A DNA stretch of 64,000 nucleotides from Polyangiaceae bacterium (GCA_044376115.1 JBILLK010000012.1:32001-96000); one strand, 5' to 3'; numbered from the stretch's first letter, positions 30,801 to 40,280 are shown. The notes: generated from the letters alone by a model not told the origin. Made by a program: numbers and translations.

Positions 30801-33800
30801 GCAGTTGATGTTCCGGCGCTCCGAGATCCTCCGCGACAAGCTCGGGGATCCGGCGGGGGCCATCTCCGAGCTCGAGGCGGTGCTCGAGCTTGAGGTCGAC
30901 CCCAAGGCGGCCGCACAACTCGAGGCTCTTTACAGCCAGGAGAAGCGCTTCCAAGACCTGGTAACGCTCTACGAGCGAATGCTCGAGGTGAGTAAGTCTC
31001 CAATCGAGACTGCCCCCTTGCGAGTAAAGATTGCTCGTACTGCACGAGCCGAGCTGTTTGATTCAGCGCGCGCCTTCGATGAATTGGAAGCCGCGCTGTC
31101 CGATGATCCGGGCTCCGCTGAAGCAGTGCTCGAACTCGAGGGGATCCTTGGCAAGCCCGAGGAAGACAAGGCCGACGCCTCACGGGAGATCTTGGCTGAG
31201 CGAGCACGCGCTGCGGAAATGCTCGAACCGGTCTATCTGAAGCAAGGCGTTTGGCCGAAGGTGCAGCACGCGATCGAAGCTCGGCTTTCAGCGAGCGAAG
31301 ACGCTGGTGAGCGGGCTGAGTTGCTCAAGCGGCTAGCGACCTTGCACGAGGAACAGCTCGACAACTTCGGCGCCGCGATGGAGGCAAACGCCAAGCTCCT
31401 CCATGAAGACATCGGCGATCGTGCGGTTTGGGGCGAGCTCGAGCGGCTCGCCAAAGCCTCGGAGACCGAACGCCGTCTCGCCGAGATCTTCGCTAACGAA
31501 CTCAGCTCGGTCGAGATCGATGACCCGACCTCCGCTCAGCTCGCAAGGCGAACCGGCGAGATCTTCGGCGAGGTCGGTGACGACGAGAACTCGTTGCTCT
31601 GGTACCGCCGTGCTCACAAGTTCGAACCGGAGGATCGTCAGCTTTATTCGGCCATTGAGAAGCTGCTGATCAAGCATGACCGCCACGGCGAGCGGGCCGA
31701 CCTGATGAAGGGCGCCTTGGACTACCGCGAGGGAGCTGAGAAGACAGCCCTCTTGCACACGCTGGCAGGCCTCGAGGATTCCAAACTCGAGCGGCCTCAA
31801 GACGCGATCGAAACCTACAAGTCGGCGCTCGATGTCGATAGCAGGGACGATCACGCACTCGACAAGCTCACCGAGCTTTACTCGCGCCTCGAGCGCCATC
31901 GCGATCTTGCAGACCTCTACCAGCTCAGGGCTGATTCGAGCGACACTCCCGAAAAGGCAGCTCCCTTCCGACTTGCACTGTCGAGAACGCTCCGCGAGAA
32001 ACTCGACGACAAGAACGGCGCGCTCGAGGAACTCCAGACCATCGTAAGCGATGTCCCGTCGCATACCGAGGCGGTCGCAGACCTCGAGAAACTAGCGGAA
32101 GATGAGGATCTCAAGGCCCGCATCATCGAGATTCTGCGGCCCATCGCCGAGCGTGCGAACAACTGGCGGCAGCTGGTGAAGCTCAATCAGGAGCGGCTCG
32201 CGCTCGCTACCGACCGCTCGGAGAAGGCGTCGATTCTGCGCGAGAACGCCGGAATCTTTGAGTCTCACGAGCTCAACGACGATGCCTTCCAATCACTTCA
32301 GGCCGCGTTCCTTACGGAGCCTGAAGATGCATCCACGTTGGAGGACCTCGAGAAGCTCGCACGCAAGTTGTCTCGGTTTGAGTCCTTTGCCGAGGTGGTC
32401 GTCACGGCGCTGGCGACGCTCGAGGACGACTTGGCCAAGCGAGAGTTACTCGCCACACTCGCGCGCACTTACGACAAAGAACTCGACGACCCACGCCGCG
32501 CGCTAGCCGCTTATGAAACGCTATCGACGGCCAACCCTGATGAAGCGGAGCCGCGTGAGGCCGCGTTGGCCTTGGCAACGCTGCTGGGAGACTGGCGCAA
32601 GGTAACGAGCTTGCTCGAGAAACGGGCCGCCGACGCTCCCGACAGCGAGGCAGCCGAGTTGCTGCGACGGCTTGGGCAGACGCAGAACGAGATGCTCGAG
32701 GACAGCGAGGCCGCAATCAAGGCCTACGAGCGCTCGCTTGAACTCGAGGCCGACGACACCAGAGCGATCGACAAGCTGATCGAGCTGCACGAGGACGCTA
32801 ACAACGCCACGCGCTTGGTCGATCTTTACGCGCGCCGAATCGAGCTCTCGCGGCCCGATGAGGACGAGCTTCGCTACACGCTGGGTGTTCGCTCGGCCGA
32901 ACGTCACGAGGCCCTCGGTAACCCCAGAGACGCGATTCAGGCCTTCCAATCTGCGCTCTCGGTACGGGCCACGGACAAGGTCGTGCTCAAGGCGCTCGAG
33001 CGACTCTATCGGGCGGAACAACTGCACACCGAGCTGCTCGACAATCTTCGCGACCAAGCTGGCTTGGCCGAAGAGCCGGCCGAGCGCGCTGCTCTTCGCC
33101 TTCTGATCGGCGATCTGTACAAGGACAAGCTCGACAATGCTGTCGATGCGGTCGAGCAATACCGTCTGGTGATCGAGGAGGACGCTGCAAACGCTGGCGC
33201 GGTGAAGTCGCTTTGCGAACTAGCGCAACAGAACGAGGGGCTGCGCTTGGATGCCACCGATGTAGTGTTGCCGGTTTTGCGGCGCGAGAATCGCTACGAA
33301 GAGCTCGTGCAGATGCTCGAGCTACGGCTGTCCGCCGTCACCGATCCGGAGCTCCGCGCCGAAGCCTTGAAGGAAGCCGCTTCCGTCCTCGACGAGCGAT
33401 TGAGTCGGCCTTCCGATGCGCTCTCGGCCTTGCTGCGAGCCGTGAACGAGGTGCCCGAAGACGAGTCCTTGCACCTCACCATCTTCGGCGTCGCCGCACG
33501 TCTCGAGCCAGCAGAAGGCTTCGAGCGCTACGCAACCACCTTGACCGAGAAGGCTTCACAGACGCTCGATGCTCCTCTCGCACGAGCCCTTTGGACCCGT
33601 GTTGGAACCATCGCCGAAGAGAAGCTCTCCGACGACAAGCGGGCTTCGGAGGCACACAAGAAGGCGCTGGCTGAGAGCGATGACGCTGAGGCCGAGGGGC
33701 AAACCTTGGTCGCTCTCGATCGGCTCTACACGCGTCTCGAGAACCACAAGGAACTCGCTGAGGTGCTCGAACGTCGGGTGGCGTTGGTTCCGGAAGCGGA

Positions 33801-36201
33801 GCAAGCGGAGCTTCACTTCCGCTTGGCCAAACTCTCGATCCACGTCTTCGGGGAGCCGGGCGTCGGACTTGGTTCGCTTCGTTCTGCGATCGCGCTGGAT
33901 GCAAACCACGCGGGAGCCCGCGAAGAGCTCGAGAAGCTCACCGAAGACAAGTCGCTGTTTGACGAGGTGGCAGAATCACTCGAGTCGGTCTATCGCCAAC
34001 GCGGCGACAACACTGCGCTGTCCGGACTGTACGAGAAGCGCATCGCCAACGCAGCCAACGCTACCGATCGACTGCGACTGCGGCTCGACTTGGCCCGGGT
34101 GCTCGAAGACCAAGCCAACGACCCCAAGGCCGCGCTGCTCGCGCTGCTGGTCGCGCTCGAAGACGATCCCTCGGACAGCGACGTGCTCGGAGAAACCGAG
34201 CGAGTCGCAGCCATCGTCGGAGGATTCGAAGAAGCGTCGGCGGGCCTGGAGAAAGCCATCCGCGGTAAAGCGGAGCTCAGCCATGAGGTCGCCTGCGACC
34301 TGTGGATGCGAGCTGCGACCTGGCGCCGCGACAAGCTGAGCGACCGCGTTGGCGCCGAGAAGGCCCTCGAAGAGGCGCTGAAGCACGACGCGGAGAACGA
34401 GGTCATCTTGCGAACCATCGAGCAGCTCCAGCGCTCGCCAGGCCGTGAGAAGGAGCTGGTGGGAACGCTGCGACGGCTTGCAAACCTCGACGGTTGTGCG
34501 GTCCCTGGGGACCTCCGCCGCGAAGCAAAGTCGATCGCTGAAGGCCAGCTAGCCGACGACGCTCTTTCGGAAGAGATCCTGCGAGAGATGCTTGCAGCCG
34601 ACGATAGTGATGCTTGGGCGCTCGCCGAGTTGACGGTGCTCCGTCGCAAGGCGGGGGCAGTCAAGGAGACCTTTACGCTGCTGGTTCGCCGCACCGAAGT
34701 GGCCGCTGACGGCGCAACGATCGCAGCGCTCCGCCATGAGGCTGCACTGCTCGCGCGCAACGAACTGAAGGACCTACCCGGGGCGATCGAACTCTACGAT
34801 CAGCTCTTCGAGGAGGACCCTTCTGACGAGAAAGCTAGCTTGGCGCTGCGTGAGCTGTACCAGGAGACAGGCAAGCACCATGAGCTGAAGAAGCTCTTGG
34901 AGCGACTGGTGGACGTGACCGACTCAGCAAGCAAGCGCAATGACCTGCGACTTGAAGCGGCGCGCGTCTCGGACCAACTCGAACTCTCGACCGAAGCGAT
35001 CGAGCTTTTGGTAGGCGTGCTGGAGGAGGATCCGTCCCACAAGGATGCGGCGCTGTTCTTGTCTCGCTTGTACGAAAAGTCTGGCCGCGATGAAGACCTC
35101 GCGCAGCTGCTGACCAAACAGATCGACGTTGCTTCGAGCGCGCAGGACAGCGACGCAGAGCTCGTCTATCGGTTGCGGCTCGGCGAGGTGCAAGAGACAC
35201 GGCTTGGCGATCTCGGGAAGGCTGCCGAGACCTACCAAACCATCGTCGACCGCAAGTCCGATCACAAGGGCGCCCTCATTGCTCTTGCACGCATCAACGA
35301 GGCCCGTGGGGAGAAGGCGACAGCAGCCGTATTCCTCGAGCGGCTGTTCAACCTCGAGACCGGGGACGAGGCCGTCGCGATCGTCAAGCGACTTGCTGCC
35401 CTGCTCGAGACAATCAGCGACGAAGCAGGCGTGGAGCGAGTGCTCGAGAAGGGCTTGGAGCTGCGCGAACGCGATGAAGAGATTCGCAGCAAGCTGCGCT
35501 CCCTGTACGAAAAGAAGCAGAGCTACAACAAGCTCTCCGACCTCTTGACGGGGGATGCTCGCGCCGCGGAGGACGTGCTCGCGAAGGTCCGACTGCTACG
35601 CAATGCAGCGGAACTCCGCCGCACCAAACTGAGCGACAGCAAGGGCGCCGCTGACCTACTGCAAGAGGCCGCCGAGCATGCACCGCAAGATCGCGAGCTT
35701 CTGCTTGCGCTATGCGACGCCTACAGTGAATCGGGCCGAGGCAAACAGGCTGCCGAGGTCCTGCGCAAGATCATCGAGTCGTACGGAGTACGACGCTCCA
35801 AAGAGGTGGCTGGCATTCACCATCGCTTGGCACGCGCCTACCTCGCAGAAGGTGACAAGCTTCAGGCGTTGACCCAACTCGACACGGCCTTCCGCATCGA
35901 TCCGGGCTCGATTCAGGTGATGAAGGATCTCGGCTTGTTGGCGCTCTCGCTCGCTGACGAGGACGGCGAGACGGCGACTCGCGATGCCTACATCGATCGC
36001 GCGAGCCGCACCTTCCGCGCGCTCTTGATGCAGAAGTTGGATGACGCGCCGATCACCAAGGCGGAGGTCTTCTACTACCTGGCGGAGACGTTCCACCGAA
36101 AGAACGAGACCAAGCAGGCCATCCAGAATCTCGAGCGGGCCCTCGACAGCGACAAGACCCTAACCAAGGCGCGCGAGCTACTTACGAAGCTCAAGGGCTG
36201 A
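24895..36201 (+). CDS. agmK: Giant TPR-repeat protein, AgmK/GltI-like
   Basis: 3768 aa made of many TPR-like repeats (A...Y..AL..DP....AL..LE.LY....W..L..L.E.R). Size and repeat style resemble the myxobacterial gliding protein AgmK. Orthology is not proven. Confidence 0.75.
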   Translation: MTMTVDSIRVVLGRLQDDPENEIAWEQLAEIVTAPGTPEVELLRLLEQARARFERRREWLGVARLLEMELSLSEGEEPAMQAELARICDEELLDSGRARAAYERLLELEAGEQLKGRAKLFIQSDAEKRGKWTELVERLAGESEGAQDDALRAGLLLAAADVALRYGGASADAAKVAEYVEKAIGLDPKVKRGAVHAEVALQNEPTRLVAVLKVILAGSGAKEDRVAAGIKAGRILARRLSDRDGAVEVFQQVLDLSPGQTDSLSFLAEAYNETEQWDHLVALYEDQLKGGVRGEAEQGITLQIGMVHWKRRGKPEAAEPHFDRLRKTDPTNGAVISFFREYLREKGDNQKLATVLGEAQRASSDPQLKKELGAEIAKLAESSDNAQKAIEQYKAVLKVDPLDVTAREALKRLYTNAGNFPALVDLLRHDVERLPADDKLGRAAILREIAAVHRNQTKNEQQLVQVLQQIIALDDQEQDALRELIRIYEPLGRMRDLLTTQQRLAEITADNDEKAELFRAVARRWAEQFSNVQNAISAYERLIEIRPTDEEARTKLRELYTKRRSWPQLYALHEIELRDAEGSARIELLTEMAKLAAERLDRGADAIKIQKQILDLDPSQTAIFDALEKQTEREKDYTTLAEVLERRVDSTADVPGKLNLLQKLGAVYADRLKDAEQATKTWKRVLELSPGQAKALRVLRESYVAAGDFAALEDLYASQNDWDNLADFLSSSADKITATDVDAGKQKVELSFRAAAVYESKLNAPERATRSYERVLTVDGSNAQAARALVPIYEKEERWARLPALYEILLSVAESKEESVALLRRLSQVTGGPLADKGSALNCARRAYELVPDEANLEHLEAAARAASSWGPFVEAIEKRLGETEANPLEPTHERSLRLKLAMAYARELGKIDEAVAGYRALVQSDPTDAATIADFDELLRGAERRDDLRWLFGIRAEAASGRDRAGIFEEWATLEEDVFANPHQAIELYSKAAELEPTRKDTLKALSRLLLAEGQHRAAAEVVARHRDLCEGAERAEREVELATLHIDHLGNPEEAFTACERALELRPRDPDVISILSRLVEVPNTRGRAAVLLQAAFAELGDARREAQMLRVMIETTLEPSHRLELHVLLAEVEDKKQGAPGAAFDVILRILNEFPSELSLWDQALTLSQKAGRPTDMAEAYRTHIVIQDPETATIQTDVELVLCDRAANLHDQELGDSDGAIPYLKRILGMDVGNTGAFDRLKQILTSAERWGELEELFDQAARAAEDASTKIALLTEVAMIAEEVIGVPQKAIAYHERILEIDSLHAASLDALEKLYEDEERYGDLAALLERRLETAIEDEAVDIRLYLGRLYLEQLLVPARALNHIEHILKARPDDADARELAERMLEIGSLRLPTAQLLEGVYEVRDEVRALVRMLEIRLESTKAGREGAEGQREELLRRIGELRDERLHDDAGAFDALAQLCPMVPDDGSVRERLTEIGRRLGKNEQVATVLTSAAEAADNKSVRAEILMQVAALYESALGDDKKAEEVYRQLLAIDPNDVSIVVPAARALSRLQAASGAYAALAETLEIEAKLEESLDTRKAIYERLGDLYETSTNEPQKAISAWKSRLAEDDADEKALTALERLYEAEKAHAELVEILVRREAVASEPEDRKRAMVKAAGIYADKLDDPKRAAMMWRSVLDAFGPDRAAHAALAELHQKAGKHQDLADIIEADLALADDQADQIQLYRRLGDVRRNDLHDVDGAIDAYRLALNLDPNDQKTRAALESMLDDANARRSVSELLHPLYEADGDAERLLRILDIEAEVAETPAQKLEKIEKARATCEGPLGDPKRAYEYARRAMKEAAQDDSAAKQQETLERLTAETQQWEATATLYREIEAEILDGDVQHEVLVRIGQISTEKLSNTAVAIEYYKRALENRPADRRVLLALEELHQQAEDHKSLLDILKRREEAAESDEERKQLMFRRSEILRDKLGDPAGAISELEAVLELEVDPKAAAQLEALYSQEKRFQDLVTLYERMLEVSKSPIETAPLRVKIARTARAELFDSARAFDELEAALSDDPGSAEAVLELEGILGKPEEDKADASREILAERARAAEMLEPVYLKQGVWPKVQHAIEARLSASEDAGERAELLKRLATLHEEQLDNFGAAMEANAKLLHEDIGDRAVWGELERLAKASETERRLAEIFANELSSVEIDDPTSAQLARRTGEIFGEVGDDENSLLWYRRAHKFEPEDRQLYSAIEKLLIKHDRHGERADLMKGALDYREGAEKTALLHTLAGLEDSKLERPQDAIETYKSALDVDSRDDHALDKLTELYSRLERHRDLADLYQLRADSSDTPEKAAPFRLALSRTLREKLDDKNGALEELQTIVSDVPSHTEAVADLEKLAEDEDLKARIIEILRPIAERANNWRQLVKLNQERLALATDRSEKASILRENAGIFESHELNDDAFQSLQAAFLTEPEDASTLEDLEKLARKLSRFESFAEVVVTALATLEDDLAKRELLATLARTYDKELDDPRRALAAYETLSTANPDEAEPREAALALATLLGDWRKVTSLLEKRAADAPDSEAAELLRRLGQTQNEMLEDSEAAIKAYERSLELEADDTRAIDKLIELHEDANNATRLVDLYARRIELSRPDEDELRYTLGVRSAERHEALGNPRDAIQAFQSALSVRATDKVVLKALERLYRAEQLHTELLDNLRDQAGLAEEPAERAALRLLIGDLYKDKLDNAVDAVEQYRLVIEEDAANAGAVKSLCELAQQNEGLRLDATDVVLPVLRRENRYEELVQMLELRLSAVTDPELRAEALKEAASVLDERLSRPSDALSALLRAVNEVPEDESLHLTIFGVAARLEPAEGFERYATTLTEKASQTLDAPLARALWTRVGTIAEEKLSDDKRASEAHKKALAESDDAEAEGQTLVALDRLYTRLENHKELAEVLERRVALVPEAEQAELHFRLAKLSIHVFGEPGVGLGSLRSAIALDANHAGAREELEKLTEDKSLFDEVAESLESVYRQRGDNTALSGLYEKRIANAANATDRLRLRLDLARVLEDQANDPKAALLALLVALEDDPSDSDVLGETERVAAIVGGFEEASAGLEKAIRGKAELSHEVACDLWMRAATWRRDKLSDRVGAEKALEEALKHDAENEVILRTIEQLQRSPGREKELVGTLRRLANLDGCAVPGDLRREAKSIAEGQLADDALSEEILREMLAADDSDAWALAELTVLRRKAGAVKETFTLLVRRTEVAADGATIAALRHEAALLARNELKDLPGAIELYDQLFEEDPSDEKASLALRELYQETGKHHELKKLLERLVDVTDSASKRNDLRLEAARVSDQLELSTEAIELLVGVLEEDPSHKDAALFLSRLYEKSGRDEDLAQLLTKQIDVASSAQDSDAELVYRLRLGEVQETRLGDLGKAAETYQTIVDRKSDHKGALIALARINEARGEKATAAVFLERLFNLETGDEAVAIVKRLAALLETISDEAGVERVLEKGLELRERDEEIRSKLRSLYEKKQSYNKLSDLLTGDARAAEDVLAKVRLLRNAAELRRTKLSDSKGAADLLQEAAEHAPQDRELLLALCDAYSESGRGKQAAEVLRKIIESYGVRRSKEVAGIHHRLARAYLAEGDKLQALTQLDTAFRIDPGSIQVMKDLGLLALSLADEDGETATRDAYIDRASRTFRALLMQKLDDAPITKAEVFYYLAETFHRKNETKQAIQNLERALDSDKTLTKARELLTKLKG

Positions 36202-36207
36202 GCGCCC

Positions 36208-37095
36208 ATGAGTTGCCTCGTTGCCATCGACGGGGAGCTGGTCGAAGGTCGGGATGCGAGCATCTCGGTCTTCGACCGCGGCTTTTTGTACGGCGACACA
36301 ATCTTCGAGACGCTGCGCGCCTACGGCGGCACCGTCTTTCGCTTGGCCGACCACCTCGAGCGACTGCGCTGGTCTGCGGAACGAATGAGGATGGTGCTCC
36401 CGTGGACGGAGCAAACTCTTACGCAAGAGATCGTGCGCATCGCTGACCTGGCGCGCGCACGCTTTGGCACGAATGAACTTTCGCTTCGGTTGCTCGTGAG
36501 TCGGGGATTGATACCGGGTGAACACCGTCCGTCAGGACTCCTTCCGGGAGCCACGCTTCGCTACGGGCGGACGCTCTTCGCGCAACCGTTTCGCCCGCTC
36601 CCAGAGGCGCTCTATCGCGACGGAGTGCAGGCGATTTCGTTTGCGACCTATCGCCCGAGCGACTCGGCCGGTGGGGCCAAAGTCGGTAACTACAGCGAAG
36701 GTATTCGCGCGCTCGTTGAAGCCAACGCGCAGGGTGCCCACGAGGCGCTGATCGTTTCAGCAGACGGGTATGTCTTGGAAGGTGCGACCACCAACGTATT
36801 TGCCGTCATCAATGACGAGCTGCTTACCCCTCCCGCGAGCGATACGCTTCTGCCGGGTATCACGCGCAAGTTCGTCCTCGCACTCGCGCCGAGCCTGCTC
36901 ACGGTGCGCGAGCAGCGGCTCACCCCATCGAGCCTGGCCGCCGCTGAGGAAGTGTTCATCACGTCCACGCTTCGCGAGCTCGTGCCAGTGGTATCGATCG
37001 ATGGGCATCGCATCGGCGCGGGTCATCCAGGAGCGCGCACGCTGGAGCTCGCCCAACGCTTCCGCAACGCCGTATTGAGCGAGCTGCCGCGATAG
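36208..37095 (+). CDS. PLP-dependent class IV aminotransferase (IlvE/PabC/Dat family)
   Basis: DRGFLYGDTIFETLR, HLERL, K.GNY, EGATTNVF, LPGITR and EEVFITST. Confidence 0.92.
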   Translation: MSCLVAIDGELVEGRDASISVFDRGFLYGDTIFETLRAYGGTVFRLADHLERLRWSAERMRMVLPWTEQTLTQEIVRIADLARARFGTNELSLRLLVSRGLIPGEHRPSGLLPGATLRYGRTLFAQPFRPLPEALYRDGVQAISFATYRPSDSAGGAKVGNYSEGIRALVEANAQGAHEALIVSADGYVLEGATTNVFAVINDELLTPPASDTLLPGITRKFVLALAPSLLTVREQRLTPSSLAAAEEVFITSTLRELVPVVSIDGHRIGAGHPGARTLELAQRFRNAVLSELPR

Positions 37096-38559
37096 CTACT
37101 TGGGCGACCTCGCGAGCTCGTGGGAAAGCTCGCCCAGCTTCTTCACCGCGTCGGCGATACGCGGGGACCACGGGCTACCGCAAGTCATACGAATGCAGGA
37201 CGAAAAGCGCGCTCGCGCTCCAAAGATTGGGCCGGGTGCGATCGCGATGTTGGCGTCGAGCGCGCGGGCCTGAAGGGCCAGCGCCGAGATCTGCCCCGGC
37301 AGCTCGACCCAGAGGACGAAGCCTCCTTTGGGCTCTGAGATCCACGTCCCCGCCGGGAACGCTGAAGCGCACTCCGCGCGATAGCGAGCGACCTCTCGCC
37401 GTATGCGCTCGCGCAAGTGGCGTAGGTGTCGATCGTAGGAGCCGCTGTCGAGATACTCAGCGACAGCCATTTGCAACAACGTTGGGGTGGCGATGCTGTG
37501 CGAGAACTTCAGTCGCTTGATGGTCTCGTGATAGCGACCAGCGACGACCCAGCCAACCCGGTAGCCAGCGGCGATGGTTTTGGAGATCGAGCTCGTGTAG
37601 ATCACGAGCCCCTTTCGATCGAACGCTTTTGCGGGACGCGGCCGCGAACCATCGAACGCGAGGTCACCGTAAAGATCATCTTCGATCAGCGGAATATCCC
37701 GCTTCTCCAGCATACGAACGAGACGCTCCTTGTTGCTGTCGCTCATCAGCGAGCCCAGCGGATTGTCGAAGTTGGTGACCGCCAAACAGGCCCGCACCGG
37801 CGCTTGCGCCAGCACGATCTCCAAGGCGTCGAGATCCAAACCAACGCCGGGCAACGTGGGGACCTCGATCACCTTCAGGTTCATCTCTTCAACGAGCTGG
37901 AGGATGCCAAAGTACGTTGGGGTGGCGATGGCGATGGTGTCGCCCGGCCGCGTGGTTGCACGCAACGCTAGCTGCAGACCTTCCATCGCTCCAGCCGTGA
38001 TCACGAAGTCATCAGCGCCGAGCGGCGTCCCCCAAAGCACCGACCGCTTCGCGAGCTGACGTCGCAATACAAGCAACCCGGGGGGCATGTCGTAGTGGGC
38101 GCCCGCTGTAGAAAGCTCTCGCGCAAGGGAAGCCAGGATGCGGTTGAGCGCCTTGATCGGCAACAGGCTCGCATCCAGTTGCGCGGCCCCCAAAGGCACC
38201 ACAGTCGGCTCGCGCATCGACTCGACCAGGGCGTACACGCCCTCCGAGACCGACACCTTGCGCGGCGCGAGCGTAAGTCGCTTCGGCTTGGAGCGCGGTG
38301 GCGCAGCCACTGCCGTCTCGCGCACGAAGTGACCCGACTTCACGCGCGCGTCGATCAGTCCGTCGATCTCGAGCCGCTCATAGGCGGAGAGCACCGTTGC
38401 CACGCTGACGCGTCGCTCGCGAGCGAGCCTCCTAACGGAGGGAAGGCGGTCTCCGGGACGTAGCGAGCCCTTCTCGATCATCAACGCGATGTCGGCGGCC
38501 ACCTGTGCAAACAGGCTAGGCCGCTCATCGCCACGTACTCGTAGAGCAGCGGGGAGCAT
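37096..38559 (-). CDS. MocR/GabR-type regulator (GntR HTH plus PLP aminotransferase-like domain)
   Basis: PGDRLPSVRRLA..VSVATV..AY..LE..G HTH. AAT-like domain with NFDNPLG, IEDDLY, SISKT and GYRVGW. Confidence 0.95.
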   Translation of the reverse strand: MLPAALRVRGDERPSLFAQVAADIALMIEKGSLRPGDRLPSVRRLARERRVSVATVLSAYERLEIDGLIDARVKSGHFVRETAVAAPPRSKPKRLTLAPRKVSVSEGVYALVESMREPTVVPLGAAQLDASLLPIKALNRILASLARELSTAGAHYDMPPGLLVLRRQLAKRSVLWGTPLGADDFVITAGAMEGLQLALRATTRPGDTIAIATPTYFGILQLVEEMNLKVIEVPTLPGVGLDLDALEIVLAQAPVRACLAVTNFDNPLGSLMSDSNKERLVRMLEKRDIPLIEDDLYGDLAFDGSRPRPAKAFDRKGLVIYTSSISKTIAAGYRVGWVVAGRYHETIKRLKFSHSIATPTLLQMAVAEYLDSGSYDRHLRHLRERIRREVARYRAECASAFPAGTWISEPKGGFVLWVELPGQISALALQARALDANIAIAPGPIFGARARFSSCIRMTCGSPWSPRIADAVKKLGELSHELARSPK

Positions 38560-38590
38560 GCCGCAGAGTACCGCTCGAACGCGGCTTAGG

Positions 38591-38640
38591 TAGGTACAGA
38601 TGGCCGACCTTTCGGCCCGTACACCTGCTGTCTGTACCTA
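38591..38640. promoter_or_regulatory. Inverted-repeat operator upstream of the MocR gene
   Basis: Perfect 10-bp inverted repeat TAGGTACAGA (38591-38600) and TCTGTACCTA (38631-38640). It encloses a GGCCGA-CCTT-TCGGCC hairpin and a third GTACA site. Confidence 0.6.
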
Positions 38641-38666
38641 TTGACCTCGCTCGCTCTGATCGAAGA

Positions 38667-40280
38667 TTAGAAGTTGGCGCCGATCACCACGTCATCGACG
38701 TGGTCGATGTCGAGCCAATTGCCGGTGGTGTAGAAGGCACGAATCTCGACGCCGCTGGCAGCGAGCTCCCCAAGAAGGTCGGGCATCTTCATGCGCGCGA
38801 GCTTGGTCGGGTCTTCCTTCTCGAGCTTGCGAACGAGGTCCTTGATTAGCGTTGCGCCCTTCTCGCTAGCGTAAAGCAGGCCCATCCATTCACCGTGGAT
38901 GCCGTCTCGCTCGGGATCACTCACGAACGAGTTCACGGTGACCTTGTGCAAGAAGGACGTGCGCGACGGCGGCTCGGAGCAGATGACATAGTCGGCCAAG
39001 CGGCCCTTATTGCGGCTCTCGCGATAGCCTGAATCAACCGCGACTGCGATGTCAGCGTCCGACTCCATCAGCGCGGCAACGACGTACTTCTTGAACAGCA
39101 CGTCGCCGTACGAAACGCAGATCGCCGAGCCAGCGTCGGGCAACGCTTTGGCGAGCGAGCTGACCTCCTGCGTCTTCGCGTAGTCGTCGTTGTCGACGTA
39201 GCGAAGGCTGGTCAGATTGACCGTCTCCTTCTTGAAGCCGCGGACGGCGACGATGTCTTTGATACCCACCGCGCGGTAGGTGTCCGCGATATGCGAGAGG
39301 ATGGGCGCCGAGCCGAGCATCACCATCGCCTTGGGGCGGTCTTCCGTTAGAGCGCCGAGCTCGACGCCGCGGGAGGCAGCGAGCACGATCGCCGTGGTGT
39401 GCCCTGCGGTCTTCGGCAGGTAGCGGCTCTCGGCCTCCGCGAGTTCGTTCTCACCCTGAATGCGGAACACCTCGGCCACAGTGGCGACGCGGTCCTCCAC
39501 CTGCAGCAGGTTCTCGTCCCGCTTGATTTGCGCCGCCGTCTCCTTCATCGCCGTGAGCGCGGCGCGCATCACGTGGTTTGCCCAGATCACCACGCGGATG
39601 CCGTGGTCGCGGAAGACGTCGGTCGGCGTCGCGTAGTACTTGGTCGGAACGATGACGACGGGGAGACGATCCCCCCACTCCTTCTTGAAGGCCAGGATCT
39701 CGCTCGGGTTCTTCAACGCGCTGTGCATCAAGATCGCGTCGGCGCCGGCCAAACGGTAGGCCTCGGCGCGCTTGAGCGCCTCATCCAAGCCCCAACCTGC
39801 GATGAACGCCTCCACGCGAGCCACGATCACGAAGTCGTCGTCCCGTTGCGCGTCTTTGCCAGCTTTGATCTTCCCAGCGAACTCCTGGATGTCGGCGAGC
39901 GGCTGTGAAGTCCCGCGGATGAAACTGTTCGTCTTCGGGAAGATCTTGTCTTCGATACAGACGCCGGCGACCTGGCGCTGCTCGAGCTTCTGCACGAGCC
40001 GCCGCATCGAGTTGAAGTTGCCGTAGCCCGTGTCACCGTCGAGCAGGATCGGGATCTCGGTCGCGTCGCTCATGAACTCGACGACCTCGAGCACCTGCGT
40101 CCAGCTGGCTTCGTTGTTGTCGCGCACGCCGAGCGCCGCAGAGATGCTCAAGCCAGAGCCCCAGATGCCCTCAAAGCCGGCCTCCTGGACCACCTTCGCA
40201 CTCAAGCCATTGTGAGCCTCCATCAGGAAGCCCAGCTCGGTGCGGGTCAACATGTTCTTCAGCTTGGTTGTCTTCTTCAT
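38667..40280 (-). CDS. pepM: Phosphoenolpyruvate mutase fused to a C-terminal nucleotidyltransferase (PntC/LicC-like)
   Basis: PEP mutase signature [10 protein letters not shown], plus [15 protein letters not shown] and IWANH. C-domain LAASRG..LG.LT.DRPKAM, YGDVLF, GEWMGL and WLDID. Start moved to ATG 40280 (40295 is also possible). Confidence 0.95.
   Translation of the reverse strand: MKKTTKLKNMLTRTELGFLMEAHNGLSAKVVQEAGFEGIWGSGLSISAALGVRDNNEASWTQVLEVVEFMSDATEIPILLDGDTGYGNFNSMRRLVQKLEQRQVAGVCIEDKIFPKTNSFIRGTSQPLADIQEFAGKIKAGKDAQRDDDFVIVARVEAFIAGWGLDEALKRAEAYRLAGADAILMHSALKNPSEILAFKKEWGDRLPVVIVPTKYYATPTDVFRDHGIRVVIWANHVMRAALTAMKETAAQIKRDENLLQVEDRVATVAEVFRIQGENELAEAESRYLPKTAGHTTAIVLAASRGVELGALTEDRPKAMVMLGSAPILSHIADTYRAVGIKDIVAVRGFKKETVNLTSLRYVDNDDYAKTQEVSSLAKALPDAGSAICVSYGDVLFKKYVVAALMESDADIAVAVDSGYRESRNKGRLADYVICSEPPSRTSFLHKVTVNSFVSDPERDGIHGEWMGLLYASEKGATLIKDLVRKLEKEDPTKLARMKMPDLLGELAASGVEIRAFYTTGNWLDIDHVDDVVIGANF

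Noticed and set aside
38667..40280. Isocitrate lyase or methylisocitrate lyase call
   Set aside because: The protein has the PEP-mutase EDKxxxxxNS motif rather than KKCGH/KRCGH.
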